Shown one piece after another: positions 18,528 to 27,566 of a stretch of DNA of 64,000 bases. A program made the translations under genes and the position numbers. Within the stretch, counting starts at the first letter, position 1. The number at the start of each line of letters is the position of its first letter. The notes beneath the pieces were generated by a model. That model did no database searches. It was not told the origin of the DNA and saw nothing but the letters and a program-made list of their open reading frames with translations. The stretch covers positions 22,586 to 86,585 of the IMG/VR virus record IMGVR_UViG_2681813421_000002, one strand, 5' to 3'. Source of the DNA: a virus. Taxonomy: Duplodnaviria; Heunggongvirae; Uroviricota; Caudoviricetes.

Positions 18528-18623
18528 TTGGGATAAAGGCATGAGCATGGAGCCAGGCAGCACCATCCGCATTACTACAAAGGGAGGCCTGATAATCATG
18601 ATGTATCGGAAGGAGGAAGCCAA

Positions 18624-18818
18624 ATGAATAAAGCCTCACCAGCAGAGTTAAGAGCAAGTCTAGAGATGGCGCATAGCCTTGCTCAAATTGGAGTCAGGTT
18701 TGTACCAATTCCAGTTGAAACAGATGAAGAATTTCAAATGTTAGCGGCATCAGCAGCACAAAAGCTGGAAATCATGGCGAATAAAGCAGAGAAAGCGGAA
18801 GGAGCAGATAGTGAGTGA
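18624..18818 (+). CDS. Hypothetical protein
   Basis: 64 aa ORF. Confidence 0.35.
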   Translation: MNKASPAELRASLEMAHSLAQIGVRFVPIPVETDEEFQMLAASAAQKLEIMANKAEKAEGADSE

Positions 18819-19449
18819 AACTAACTATCAGGAGTTGCGCGAGGCAGCGGAGCAGGCAACGCAAGATGAATGGGTAGCATATATTTTGCCGGGTCATAAC
18901 GGCATTTATCCTGCGCGCACGTCTGAGGGTAGGCATTGCGGATACTTTATTGACTGGCCTGGCGTCTGTCAGGGGCGGGAGAGCATCAGCATCAGAACCT
19001 ACGCAGTGAATTGCAATGACGCATGGCTAAACACCGAAGGTGATGACATCTCCGGCTCATACGTTAAGTACAAAGACCATCAGGAAGTGGTTGCCGCTCT
19101 TGAGGCCAAGTGCGCGGCGCTGGCAGTGGAGAATGAGCTGGCTCGTAAGGCAGTTCAGGCATTCTGCGATGTTGTTGGCGACAACACTGAGGTTATCGCT
19201 GAGGTGGTTGGGCGAGATGGCGTTCTGGTTATTTTGAAGGCCATGAAGGCAACAGGAAATATGTCAGCCACCGACGCTTTCCTGTCTGAAGTACGGGCGC
19301 AGGGTGTGGAGATGTTTGCACAGTGGTGTAGAGGTGAGCGCGATTTTACTCTCATTGATGAGGATGTTGCTGATGCAGCGGCTTATGAAGAATGCGTAAA
19401 AAGAGCTGAATATTTCGCCGCCCAGCTTCGCAAAGGAGGCAAACAGTGA
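18811..19449 (+). CDS. Ead/Ea22-like protein
   Basis: 212 aa; shares near-identical block with 14028-14531. Confidence 0.5.
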   Translation: MSETNYQELREAAEQATQDEWVAYILPGHNGIYPARTSEGRHCGYFIDWPGVCQGRESISIRTYAVNCNDAWLNTEGDDISGSYVKYKDHQEVVAALEAKCAALAVENELARKAVQAFCDVVGDNTEVIAEVVGRDGVLVILKAMKATGNMSATDAFLSEVRAQGVEMFAQWCRGERDFTLIDEDVADAAAYEECVKRAEYFAAQLRKGGKQ

Positions 19450-20207
19450 GCAAGATTGACTATCAGGCACTGCGTGAGGCGGCAGAGAAGGCTACGAAAG
19501 GTAAGTGGGCTGTTGAATTCGACGATGAGATTTACTCCACTGACGGCATAAACCATGAGCAAATAGCTATGGTGTTCAGTGAAAACGAATCTCGTGATGC
19601 TGAATTCATCGCCGCAGCCAATCCGGCTACCGTCTTGGCGCTTCTGGATGAACGGGAAAGAAACCAGCAATACATAAAACGCCGCGATCAGGAGAACGAG
19701 GATATTGCGCTAACGGTAGGGAAGCTGAGAGTTGAGCTTGAGGAAGTAAAACAACACGCTGAAGAATTATCCGAAACCAAGGCTGTTCGTAACCAATGGC
19801 GGCCAGATATTTGCCCAATAACCGGACGTGCATTTTTCATGTGGATTGAGCATCCAACATTGGGAAATGTGCCGACATATGGTGGCCCATTAGATAGTTA
19901 CACCATTCCAACAAAGGACGGTGACGGTGAGTTTTCATGTGAGCGTTACGATCATGATTTTGGCGGTTGGGTAGAAAGCGAATGTCTTGGGTTATATCTG
20001 ATTGATGATAGAGAACAATGCAGGGTCTACGAACTGGAGGAACGCGTTAAGGAACTGGATGCTCGGGAAATATCGCTCCCGGAACGTAGCAGCATGCTTC
20101 ATCGAACAGATTTTCACGATGATTACCAAACGGTAATGGCATACAAAGTTTCTGAAGTCATCGCTGCAATCCGCGCCGCAGGCATTCGCATCAAAGGAGG
20201 TGAGTAA
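19446..20207 (+). CDS. Ea22-like N-terminal paralog with distinct C-terminal domain
   Basis: 253 aa; N-terminus YQALREAAEKAT parallels 18811-19449 N-terminus. Confidence 0.45.
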   Translation: MSKIDYQALREAAEKATKGKWAVEFDDEIYSTDGINHEQIAMVFSENESRDAEFIAAANPATVLALLDERERNQQYIKRRDQENEDIALTVGKLRVELEEVKQHAEELSETKAVRNQWRPDICPITGRAFFMWIEHPTLGNVPTYGGPLDSYTIPTKDGDGEFSCERYDHDFGGWVESECLGLYLIDDREQCRVYELEERVKELDAREISLPERSSMLHRTDFHDDYQTVMAYKVSEVIAAIRAAGIRIKGGE

Positions 20208-20382
20208 TGCGTGTGGCATGTATCGGCTTGTTACCGTACCCGACTCGTTTTTGGGCTTCTGCGCTAATTGCAAAGCCGTATGTCCTGATGGCTGACAACA
20301 TCATCCCGGCACCAAAGCGCCGCCATACCGGTATTGCAGCGGCACGACGAGCAGCAAAGAGACGCAGGAGAGCAAAGCGATG

Positions 20383-20559
20383 AAAAACCGTAAGGCAAAA
20401 CGACTTTTTTTACAGCGACCTGTGCGTGTGGTGGAGCTGGTTATTAGCAACCATAAGATAGCGGTACTCCATCCATTTGGTCAGGTGGCTTTTGCCGCAA
20501 AGCGTAAGCCTACTGCGTCACAGAACAGGCGGAAGAAAGGGAACGCTGTAAGATGAAAA
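20383..20559 (+). CDS. Small basic protein (tandem paralog 1)
   Basis: MKNRKAK... 58 aa; stop overlaps next ATG. Confidence 0.3.
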
Positions 20560-20741
20560 ACCGTAAAGCAAAGATTCTGTTAGTTCGTAGAAACGCTCCT
20601 GGCGTCTGGCAGTGGGTGAGACTCAGCAACCGACGGATGGGGTTGATGAAATATTACGGGATGATGGATTGTGGTTTTTGCAAAAAGCCCAGCGCGGCGC
20701 AAAACCGCTGGAAAAACCACTTGCGCACTAAAGGAGAGTGA
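20553..20741 (+). CDS. Small basic protein (tandem paralog 2)
   Basis: MKNRKAK... 62 aa with Cys pair. Confidence 0.35.
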   Translation: MKNRKAKILLVRRNAPGVWQWVRLSNRRMGLMKYYGMMDCGFCKKPSAAQNRWKNHLRTKGE

Positions 20742-20742
20742 T

Positions 20743-21258
20743 ATGGCGTTAACACACCGCGAACTCTGTCAGATTGCGTATAAGTTCCTTAAGCGCAACG
20801 GGTTCAAGGTTTGTTTTCATGACCGCTTTATAGCTGTAACCAGTACCGGAGAACAGCCAGATGCTATGGGATTCAGAAATTCAGCATCATGCCTGATAGA
20901 GGCGAAGTGTTCTCGTGCTGACTTGTTGGCAGATAGAAAAAAGCGTTTTCGTAAAAATCCATCTCTTGGAATGGGCGACTGGCGATTCTTTATTAGTGAG
21001 CCGGGAATTATTTCAGTTGAGGATTTACCACCTGGCTGGGGATTACTTCACGTTGTTAACGGAAGAGTACGGAAAGTACATGGGTGGCCCAAGGGTAATT
21101 GCTGTTGGGGTAATCCTGACGATAAGCCATTTACTGGAAATAAGCAGGTTGAATGCGATTACATGTTATCTGCATTAAGGCGCATGGAGTTGAGAGGGCA
21201 CCTTAATGAAATATATGACGGTGTAATTGTTAATAAGAAAGAAGGAAACGCAGCATGA
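20743..21258 (+). CDS. Hypothetical protein (possible PD-(D/E)XK-type nuclease fold)
   Basis: Start taken at MALTHREL; D...IEAK arrangement is suggestive only. Confidence 0.4.
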   Translation: MALTHRELCQIAYKFLKRNGFKVCFHDRFIAVTSTGEQPDAMGFRNSASCLIEAKCSRADLLADRKKRFRKNPSLGMGDWRFFISEPGIISVEDLPPGWGLLHVVNGRVRKVHGWPKGNCCWGNPDDKPFTGNKQVECDYMLSALRRMELRGHLNEIYDGVIVNKKEGNAA

Positions 21259-22661
21259 TCACTATTACCAAAGAACGCCTGCTGACAATCCAGCAGTGGC
21301 GCGAAACATACGGACCTGGTAGCAACGTTGTACTGCCAGCAGAAGAAGCGGAAGAACTGGCACGAATTGCTCTGGCATCGCTGGAAGCAAAACCAGTTGC
21401 TTATATTTTCAAACATCCGGCCGGGAAATTATTCTGGGCTTTAACGGATGAAAGCAATAAAGAGCAAGCGGACGTTATTCCTGTTTATGCTGCCGCGCCT
21501 GCGTCGGTTGTGCCGGATAATGCATCAGAGCCTCTTGCTTATGCTTACAAAGAGCTTACGCCTGAGATTATGCGCAACCATTTAGCTGTATTCGAGCGAT
21601 ATGGAATAGCCCCAAACGATAGCTCTACCACAATTCAGGCACTGCGAATCGCGCTGGATGGTATAGAGCGGAGCGACGCCATGCTTCAGTCCGGAAACTT
21701 TCGGGAAAACAAGAATTCGTCAACCAATAATTTTCGGGAAATCGCGGAAACGTCAACCAACTATCCGGTAATTCCTAGTGAGCTGTTGTCCGCAATCCTG
21801 AAGGTTGCCAAGATTCGTGCCGATTTCGATGATTTTGACGGTGACAGGCGAGGTATCGATGATTGTCTGGATGAGGCTGAGCAAGAGCTTATCGTTACCA
21901 TTAACAAATATGCCAGTCAGTTGGCAGCAGAACCGATAGCGACTAATGACGTTCGAGAGCAAACAGCCGTTCCGCCAGTTCCGGTAATGCAGGCTGATGT
22001 CGCGCAGGCAATTGAAAAACTCAAACGGAAATTAGTGGAATGCAATCGCTATAACTACTGTGCAGATGCAGTTAAAGGCGTAGAGGATGCCTGCCGTGCT
22101 GTTAGCTATAGCCAAGCCGACAATCAGCCAGCATCTGGCAACCAGGCTGCCGAATCCAATCGCGGTAATGAGTGGACCGGCAATCCTGATATTGATAACG
22201 CCATCATCATGCTCGATCGCATAGATACGCTGGAAAGTTGCGATGATGACCGTATTGAGGCTGTTAAGGCTGTTTTGCGTAGACTGGCTGGCAACTATCC
22301 GGATATTCCGGATAGTTCGGTGCCAGCGCCAGGAAAGGGCGTCACCGGTGAACGTATCCGCATTAAGCCGCATGTTTATCGCGAACTGGTTAACCGTCTC
22401 CACGATACAGCGATCAAGTGTGCTGGCACCCAGCAATTACGAGAAAGAATTAGCCGTGTTTTGGGCGACGTTATTACACCAGATCATCATAAACAAGCCG
22501 AGAAAAGTGACCTGGAAAGGTGTCACCTTGAGGCGGCATTAAACATTAAGCCGGGGCATACGCTTGGCATTATTGATGCACTATTGGTTCATAAGATGGC
22601 CAGGGCTTTATTGCCGCTGGTGGCTGAAAAGCATGAGGTGGACCATGCCAACGAAAGCTGA
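21255..22661 (+). CDS. Hypothetical protein with internal tandem repeat and C-terminal motif shared with 13113-13724
   Basis: 468 aa; repeated FRENK/FREIAE segment; YRELVNRLHD...GTQQLRER. Confidence 0.5.
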   Translation: MITITKERLLTIQQWRETYGPGSNVVLPAEEAEELARIALASLEAKPVAYIFKHPAGKLFWALTDESNKEQADVIPVYAAAPASVVPDNASEPLAYAYKELTPEIMRNHLAVFERYGIAPNDSSTTIQALRIALDGIERSDAMLQSGNFRENKNSSTNNFREIAETSTNYPVIPSELLSAILKVAKIRADFDDFDGDRRGIDDCLDEAEQELIVTINKYASQLAAEPIATNDVREQTAVPPVPVMQADVAQAIEKLKRKLVECNRYNYCADAVKGVEDACRAVSYSQADNQPASGNQAAESNRGNEWTGNPDIDNAIIMLDRIDTLESCDDDRIEAVKAVLRRLAGNYPDIPDSSVPAPGKGVTGERIRIKPHVYRELVNRLHDTAIKCAGTQQLRERISRVLGDVITPDHHKQAEKSDLERCHLEAALNIKPGHTLGIIDALLVHKMARALLPLVAEKHEVDHANES

Positions 22662-22929
22662 ATTACAGGTGCGCGTAGATGAGCTTGAAAAAGAGAACGC
22701 GAGCCTCAAAAAAATGCTGTCGCGGGCGGAAAGGGAATTATCAGGCAAATTATTGCCTGAAGAACTGCCACCAGCAGATATACCTGATCGAGTGTCCTGG
22801 TGGATGAAGTATTTCCGTGCACCGTGGGAGGCGTTTTGGTGCTACGACCATCGCAGATGGTGTGATGAACTTGATAGCAATTTTCCCTACTTTGCGGAAG
22901 GGAACACCTGCCCTCAATGCAGGGGATAG
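22645..22929 (+). CDS. Hypothetical protein with C-terminal zinc-ribbon-like motif
   Basis: Start MPTKAELQ; C-terminus CYDHRRWC...CPQC. Confidence 0.4.
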   Translation: MPTKAELQVRVDELEKENASLKKMLSRAERELSGKLLPEELPPADIPDRVSWWMKYFRAPWEAFWCYDHRRWCDELDSNFPYFAEGNTCPQCRG

Positions 22930-23252
22930 CATTTGACGAAATCGATCACCCTATCCTGAACTTCAGAAAGAAGGTCTTTTTCACGCGCCAGGACGTCAGG
23001 ATATTGACGTTCTGGCCTTACCAGATGCCGGAGCAGAATGGCCTCAGAAAACACTTTTACGCTGTGCTTTATCCCCTCTGTTTCACTTTTCAGCGTCAAA
23101 ATAAAGCGCAATTGCTTATTAGCCTGATTCGGATTCAATACACGAATTTGCAGTTCGTCTATGCTGTTCCGCAATGGGATTGATGCCACCACACTGGTGC
23201 AGTCTCTGATTGTCTGAATTGAACGGCTAACATTGAGAACGTTATTGTGCAT
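22914..23252 (-). CDS. Hypothetical protein
   Basis: 112 aa ORF divergent from hot. Confidence 0.4.
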   Translation of the reverse strand: MHNNVLNVSRSIQTIRDCTSVVASIPLRNSIDELQIRVLNPNQANKQLRFILTLKSETEGIKHSVKVFSEAILLRHLVRPERQYPDVLAREKDLLSEVQDRVIDFVKCYPLH

Positions 23253-23284
23253 GTGCCTGATCCACTAACTCCTGGAGGTTTCTT

Positions 23285-23536
23285 GTGTCAGATCGAAATA
23301 TAGCAGCTAAAAGCCAGGAAGAGCGAGACAAGGTGAACGTAGACCTTGCCGCCAGCGGCGTTGCTTACAAAGAACGGCTGAATATACCTGTGATTGCAGA
23401 GCAGGTGGCCCGTGAGCAACCGGAAAACCTGCGCGCCTATTTCATGGAACGGCTACGGCACTACCGGCAGTTAAGCCTCCAGTTGCCAAAAGGGAGCGAT
23501 CCGGTGTATCAGAACGAGGATGCACCAAAAAAATAA
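23285..23536 (+). CDS. hot: Hot, homolog of DNA polymerase III theta subunit (HolE)
   Basis: 83 aa; [43 protein letters not shown] closely parallels E. coli theta. Confidence 0.75.
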   Translation: MSDRNIAAKSQEERDKVNVDLAASGVAYKERLNIPVIAEQVAREQPENLRAYFMERLRHYRQLSLQLPKGSDPVYQNEDAPKK

Positions 23537-23623
23537 CGGCAAGATGGGGGAGAAATGTGATTAGCCCCCAGCGTGGCGCGCCTACAAACCCCGCTTTCAC
23601 AAACTATGCCTTTTCAATGTATA

Positions 23624-23639
23624 CTGTATGAATAAACAG
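23624..23639 (+). promoter_or_regulatory. LexA (SOS) box CTGT-N8-ACAG upstream of humD
   Basis: CTGTATGAATAAACAG, 20 bp upstream of the humD start codon. Confidence 0.6.
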
Positions 23640-23659
23640 CATTATTGAGGTAAAACGCT

Positions 23660-24049
23660 ATGGGCTTCCCTTCTCCTGCGGCGGATTATGTTGAAAGCCG
23701 AATTTCTCTTGATCAGCAGATAATTAGACATCCTTCAGCGACCTACTTCATGCGGGCAGCTGATAGCCATCACCGTGAGGGAATATTGCAGGGAGCTTTG
23801 CTGGTGGTTGATTCCTCGCTTACTCCGGTTGATGGTTCTCTGCTTGTGTGCGCTATGGAGGGTGAATATTGCATAAAGAGATACAGGAAGTATCCGCGCC
23901 AGCACCTGGAGGACTTAAGCACCGGGAAGAAAGAGGCGTTACCAGTAGATGACGATGGATACACGGGCAGTAATGCTGTTTTTGGTGTGATCACTCATGT
24001 CATCAATGATGCCCGAAGTGGGGAATTTGATGATTGTCCGGTTATTTAA
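23660..24049 (+). CDS. humD: HumD, UmuD-prime homolog (S24 LexA-like peptidase fold)
   Basis: 129 aa; FPSPAADYVE.RI.L.Q..I.HPSATYF motif of UmuD, lacking the N-terminal pro-segment. Confidence 0.8.
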   Translation: MGFPSPAADYVESRISLDQQIIRHPSATYFMRAADSHHREGILQGALLVVDSSLTPVDGSLLVCAMEGEYCIKRYRKYPRQHLEDLSTGKKEALPVDDDGYTGSNAVFGVITHVINDARSGEFDDCPVI

Positions 24050-24121
24050 GCTGCAAAGTGCTGGTGCTTTATGCCTGTGAAGTTTATAATTGTGTACACA
24101 TAACGAGTACACGAGGTGTTT

Positions 24122-24343
24122 ATGCAATCCATTAACTTCCGTACCGCGCGTGGCAACCTTTCTGAAGTGCTCAACAATGTTGAAGCCGGGGAAGAGGTTG
24201 AAATCACCCGCAGAGGCCGTGAGCCAGCAGTAATTGTCAGCAAGGCTACTTTTGAAGCCTACAAAAAAGCGGCGCTGGATGCCGAATTTGCATCCCTGTT
24301 TGACACCCTGGACTCCACCAACAAGGAACTGGTTAACCGATAA
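24122..24343 (+). CDS. phd: Phd antitoxin
   Basis: [73 protein letters not shown] matches P1 Phd as I recall it. Confidence 0.9.
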
Positions 24344-24723
24344 TGAGGCATATATCACCGGAAGAACTTATTGCGCTTCATGATGCGAATATAAGCCGCT
24401 ACGGCGGCCTGCCGGGAATGTCAGATCCGGGCAGGGCAGAGGCCATTATCGGGAGAGTTCAGGCCAGAGTTGCCTACGAAGAGATCACCGACCTTTTCGA
24501 AGTCTCCGCCACCTACCTGGTGGCTACGGCGAGAGGGCATATATTCAATGATGCCAATAAGCGTACCGCGCTAAACAGTGCGCTGCTATTTCTACGCCGT
24601 AACGGTATACAGGTATATGATGATCCCGTGCTGGTGGAGCTTGCAGTGGGGGCTGCAACTGGTGAAATCCCCGTATCTTCAGTAGCGAAAAAACTACGTG
24701 AACTATATGGTTCCAATATTTGA
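24343..24723 (+). CDS. doc: Doc toxin (Fic-fold kinase)
   Basis: 126 aa, start overlaps phd stop; matches P1 Doc in sequence, length and gene arrangement. Confidence 0.9.
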
Positions 24724-24755
24724 AAAGAAGCCCGCTCAACCAGGCGGGCTTCTTA
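24724..24755. terminator. Hairpin between convergent doc and terminase-like genes (weak bidirectional terminator)
   Basis: GAAGCCCGC...GCGGGCTTC stem; flanking A/T runs are short. Confidence 0.35.
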
Positions 24756-24758
24756 CTA

Positions 24759-25853
24759 TCACTCAATGATTTTTTCTGCTGTCAGCCAGCTAATTTCTTG
24801 CCTGTCTTTCGGCGGTTTTAGCATGTGGGCGTATTCAGCGACATTCTCCCACGGAATTGTTTTTGCCCACTCAACGATAGCATTGTGATCTGCAGTGAAG
24901 AGTGGAATGGTGTGCGATTTCAACCATTCTAATGTCGTGACGCCATGTTTTTTGGCGTGGTGCTGCGCATGATGCCGGGCTATCACTCGTAATGGTATTG
25001 TCCATTCACTACCATCAGGCATCGAAAAGCGCATTGTCTTCGGCATATCTGATTCAAGAACAGCCTCCCTAATACCAGGGAACTCACCAAGAATCATACG
25101 ACGATAGTCATCACTATTTCGCCCGCCATACCTTTCGGCAAAATGATCAAGATATTCTTGGGTAATAAATGGTGAATCCTCCGCACTCAGCTTAATGGCT
25201 TTATATACACCACTCGGATTATCTTCAGCTAAAGCACGTCCATGATGTGAATCATAAAAAAAGCCTATTTCCTCTGGTGACGGAATTGAAGTGAGCAATA
25301 TGCGTGAATCACCACTAGTCATGCTTGCCCACACAATGCTGTATGCCCGATCGCTGATATGTGCGGAATCCACAATAATGAATAAAAGATGGTCGGCGTA
25401 GTGACCTGCAATGCTATCTTCATAGTTAAGGCGGAAGTTACAAAAGCACATTCCCCAAAATTCATTGAACATCAGACCGCTATCACCGACCTTAAAATAC
25501 TCAATGATAAAAGGTTGTTTTTTCAGCAATGCCTCCCAACATTGCCACACATATGCAACAATTCCTCTTTTGCAAACATTTGATTTTGGATAAACAATTA
25601 CTGTCCGGGAATCAGGATACATAATCGTATAAAGGGTACTAATAACAGCAAGCACTTGCGGTCGTCCGATCCCATACGGAGTGGTGACAGTAGCTTTTGC
25701 ATTATTGGGCTGTATAGCTTCAACAATTTGTTGTTGCTGGTGGCTTAAATCAATATCAAACAATTCTTTTGCTGCCAGTACCCAATTGTCTTTATATTTC
25801 TCCACCAGCGACAGCCAGCGCGGATCTTTATAAATATTGCTCTTAGTCGCCAT
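24759..25853 (-). CDS. Terminase large-subunit-like ATPase paralog with degenerate Walker A/B motifs
   Basis: Aligns with PacB-like N-terminal domain (SHQQQQI..., FYDSHH..., NPxG) but Walker A GHGTGKS is replaced by PYGIGRP and Walker B ILDEASGIS by IIVDSAHIS; start taken at MATKSNIYKD. Confidence 0.6.
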   Translation of the reverse strand: MATKSNIYKDPRWLSLVEKYKDNWVLAAKELFDIDLSHQQQQIVEAIQPNNAKATVTTPYGIGRPQVLAVISTLYTIMYPDSRTVIVYPKSNVCKRGIVAYVWQCWEALLKKQPFIIEYFKVGDSGLMFNEFWGMCFCNFRLNYEDSIAGHYADHLLFIIVDSAHISDRAYSIVWASMTSGDSRILLTSIPSPEEIGFFYDSHHGRALAEDNPSGVYKAIKLSAEDSPFITQEYLDHFAERYGGRNSDDYRRMILGEFPGIREAVLESDMPKTMRFSMPDGSEWTIPLRVIARHHAQHHAKKHGVTTLEWLKSHTIPLFTADHNAIVEWAKTIPWENVAEYAHMLKPPKDRQEISWLTAEKIIE

Positions 25854-26610
25854 CTGCCACTTCCTTAACTTCTTCTTTGGCCTGTTCTGCAATCGCCGCA
25901 CGGCATTTCGCCCTGGCTGTAGCGATTGCTTCAGCTCGCACATCGTCTGGAATCGTTGACGTGATATACATATCCAGTTCTTCGGCACGGAATACTGTTT
26001 GGTCCAGATATTCGCGTAGCATCCAGGTAAATTCGAAATCACACGCGATAATCTCTGCGCCACCTTCTGCACCATTTGGGAAATGAATAAATGCCTGTTT
26101 AGCCAAACCGATAACACGACATGCGGTTGCCAAAACAGCGACAACCAGGTTTACATTTTCACACGCTACGGGCTGGTTAACGCCGGAGATTACTCCATTT
26201 AACTGTCGGTTATATGGAAGGTAGTTTGAGATGCGTTCTACGCGCCATGTGCCAGTCAGGCTGCCATTTTTAAATATAATTGGTGTAACGGATAGCCCAA
26301 GCTCGCGTATAAGTCGTTGCGCTATAGCAGGATCATTAAACAGGTCTAATGCTACACATTCGAAAGACTGCGCAAGGGCAAACAGTTCTTCCAGAGAGTA
26401 GTCTTTGCCCCTGGCGGTGATGTAACGACGAACGCCGCTGTCTGCATCACTCCATATAGCTACGCCATGCTCTTCATTCAGCTCTTCATTAAAGCCGAGA
26501 TACGTCATGATAGTGCGTTCAATCGTGTCAAACGGCAGTGACATGTCGGCGTTAACAGCCACCAGCAGGCCATTACGCAAGCGGTATTGAATTGTTTTAG
26601 TGCTTTCCAT
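25843..26610 (-). CDS. Hypothetical protein
   Basis: 255 aa; stop overlaps start of the terminase-like paralog. Confidence 0.45.
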   Translation of the reverse strand: MESTKTIQYRLRNGLLVAVNADMSLPFDTIERTIMTYLGFNEELNEEHGVAIWSDADSGVRRYITARGKDYSLEELFALAQSFECVALDLFNDPAIAQRLIRELGLSVTPIIFKNGSLTGTWRVERISNYLPYNRQLNGVISGVNQPVACENVNLVVAVLATACRVIGLAKQAFIHFPNGAEGGAEIIACDFEFTWMLREYLDQTVFRAEELDMYITSTIPDDVRAEAIATARAKCRAAIAEQAKEEVKEVADGD

Positions 26611-26616
26611 GTCAAA

Positions 26617-27057
26617 TCACTCCACAACAAACCAGTCACAGGCCAGCAGGTCGCCAACTGAAGGCACCCACGGAACAACTACACCTTGTGCATTTTTTAA
26701 GGCGAAATAAGCACCATACGGAACGAGGTCGCCGGGGAAATATCCCTTAATGGCTTCCATTCGTGCCGGGTACTGTCCTTCAGGAACCAGCCAGCAGAAT
26801 TGGTTTTCGCCGTTCCACCCGCGTCGAGCAACTTTCTTGCCTTCCTTCAGCCACATCAGCGCGTCTGAAAAGTCGGCTGCTTCAAGGTCGATTTCTTCTT
26901 GCTGGGTGGTGATGCCACCAGCAGAAATAGTTACGCTCCCGGTAAGATTAATCATCACGCCGTTGTCATCCGTAATGATGACCGTGGTTCCATTTTTTTT
27001 GTGAGCTTTGTATTTGGGACGGAACTTAAAAAGCTCTTTCGTTGCCATGTTATTCAT
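26617..27057 (-). CDS. DUF2829-family protein (Tad2-like fold) with N-terminal extension
   Basis: 146 aa; FSDALMWLKEGKKVARRGWNG ... VGDLLACDWFVVE signature. Confidence 0.55.
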   Translation of the reverse strand: MNNMATKELFKFRPKYKAHKKNGTTVIITDDNGVMINLTGSVTISAGGITTQQEEIDLEAADFSDALMWLKEGKKVARRGWNGENQFCWLVPEGQYPARMEAIKGYFPGDLVPYGAYFALKNAQGVVVPWVPSVGDLLACDWFVVE

Positions 27058-27071
27058 AGTCTTTTCTCTGC

Positions 27072-27566
27072 TTATAACTTTTCGTACTGAAGCGGTGAAC
27101 GCTTAATTTCAAAGTGGCCTTCCGATGTGCTACCAAAGCCACCAGCACCACGCTCCGTTTCGTTGAGTTCCTCAACCTCGACTAGTGAGACTTGTTCAAC
27201 ACGCTCAAAAATTCCTTGCATGACAGCCATTCCAGGCTTGAGACAAACGCCTTCCCCGCCGGGATCAGTAATCAGTTTTGCCATGATTTCGCCGCGATAA
27301 TCGGAGTCGATAATTCCTACGCAGTTAGCCAGGCGAGTATGTTTTTTGCAGCCCAATCCTGATCGCGGATAGAGTTTCAGACACCAGCCGGGCGGGATCT
27401 CCATAGCCAGTCCGGTATACACCCACCAGCTTGAGGAAATTGCACCATTGCTATCGACGCATGGTTTTATTTCAACAGCCTCAAAATCCATCGCCGCCGA
27501 TCCGGAGGTGGCATAAGCTGGAAGTTTTGCTGCCGGATGTAGGCGTTTCACTTTTACGTAAATCAT
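27072..27566 (-). CDS. dut: dUTP diphosphatase (dUTPase)
   Basis: 164 aa; motifs PRSGLG, GIIDSDYRGEI, RGAGGFGSTS. Confidence 0.8.
   Translation of the reverse strand: MIYVKVKRLHPAAKLPAYATSGSAAMDFEAVEIKPCVDSNGAISSSWWVYTGLAMEIPPGWCLKLYPRSGLGCKKHTRLANCVGIIDSDYRGEIMAKLITDPGGEGVCLKPGMAVMQGIFERVEQVSLVEVEELNETERGAGGFGSTSEGHFEIKRSPLQYEKL

Noticed and set aside
23540-23580. GGGGG...CCCCC hairpin after hot as a terminator
   Set aside because: No T-run follows on either strand, and humD with its LexA box lies immediately downstream.
24759-26144. 461-aa version of the terminase-like paralog starting at 26144
   Set aside because: The N-terminal 97 codons overlap the upstream 255-aa gene in another frame; homology to terminase begins at the internal Met (MATKSNIYKD).
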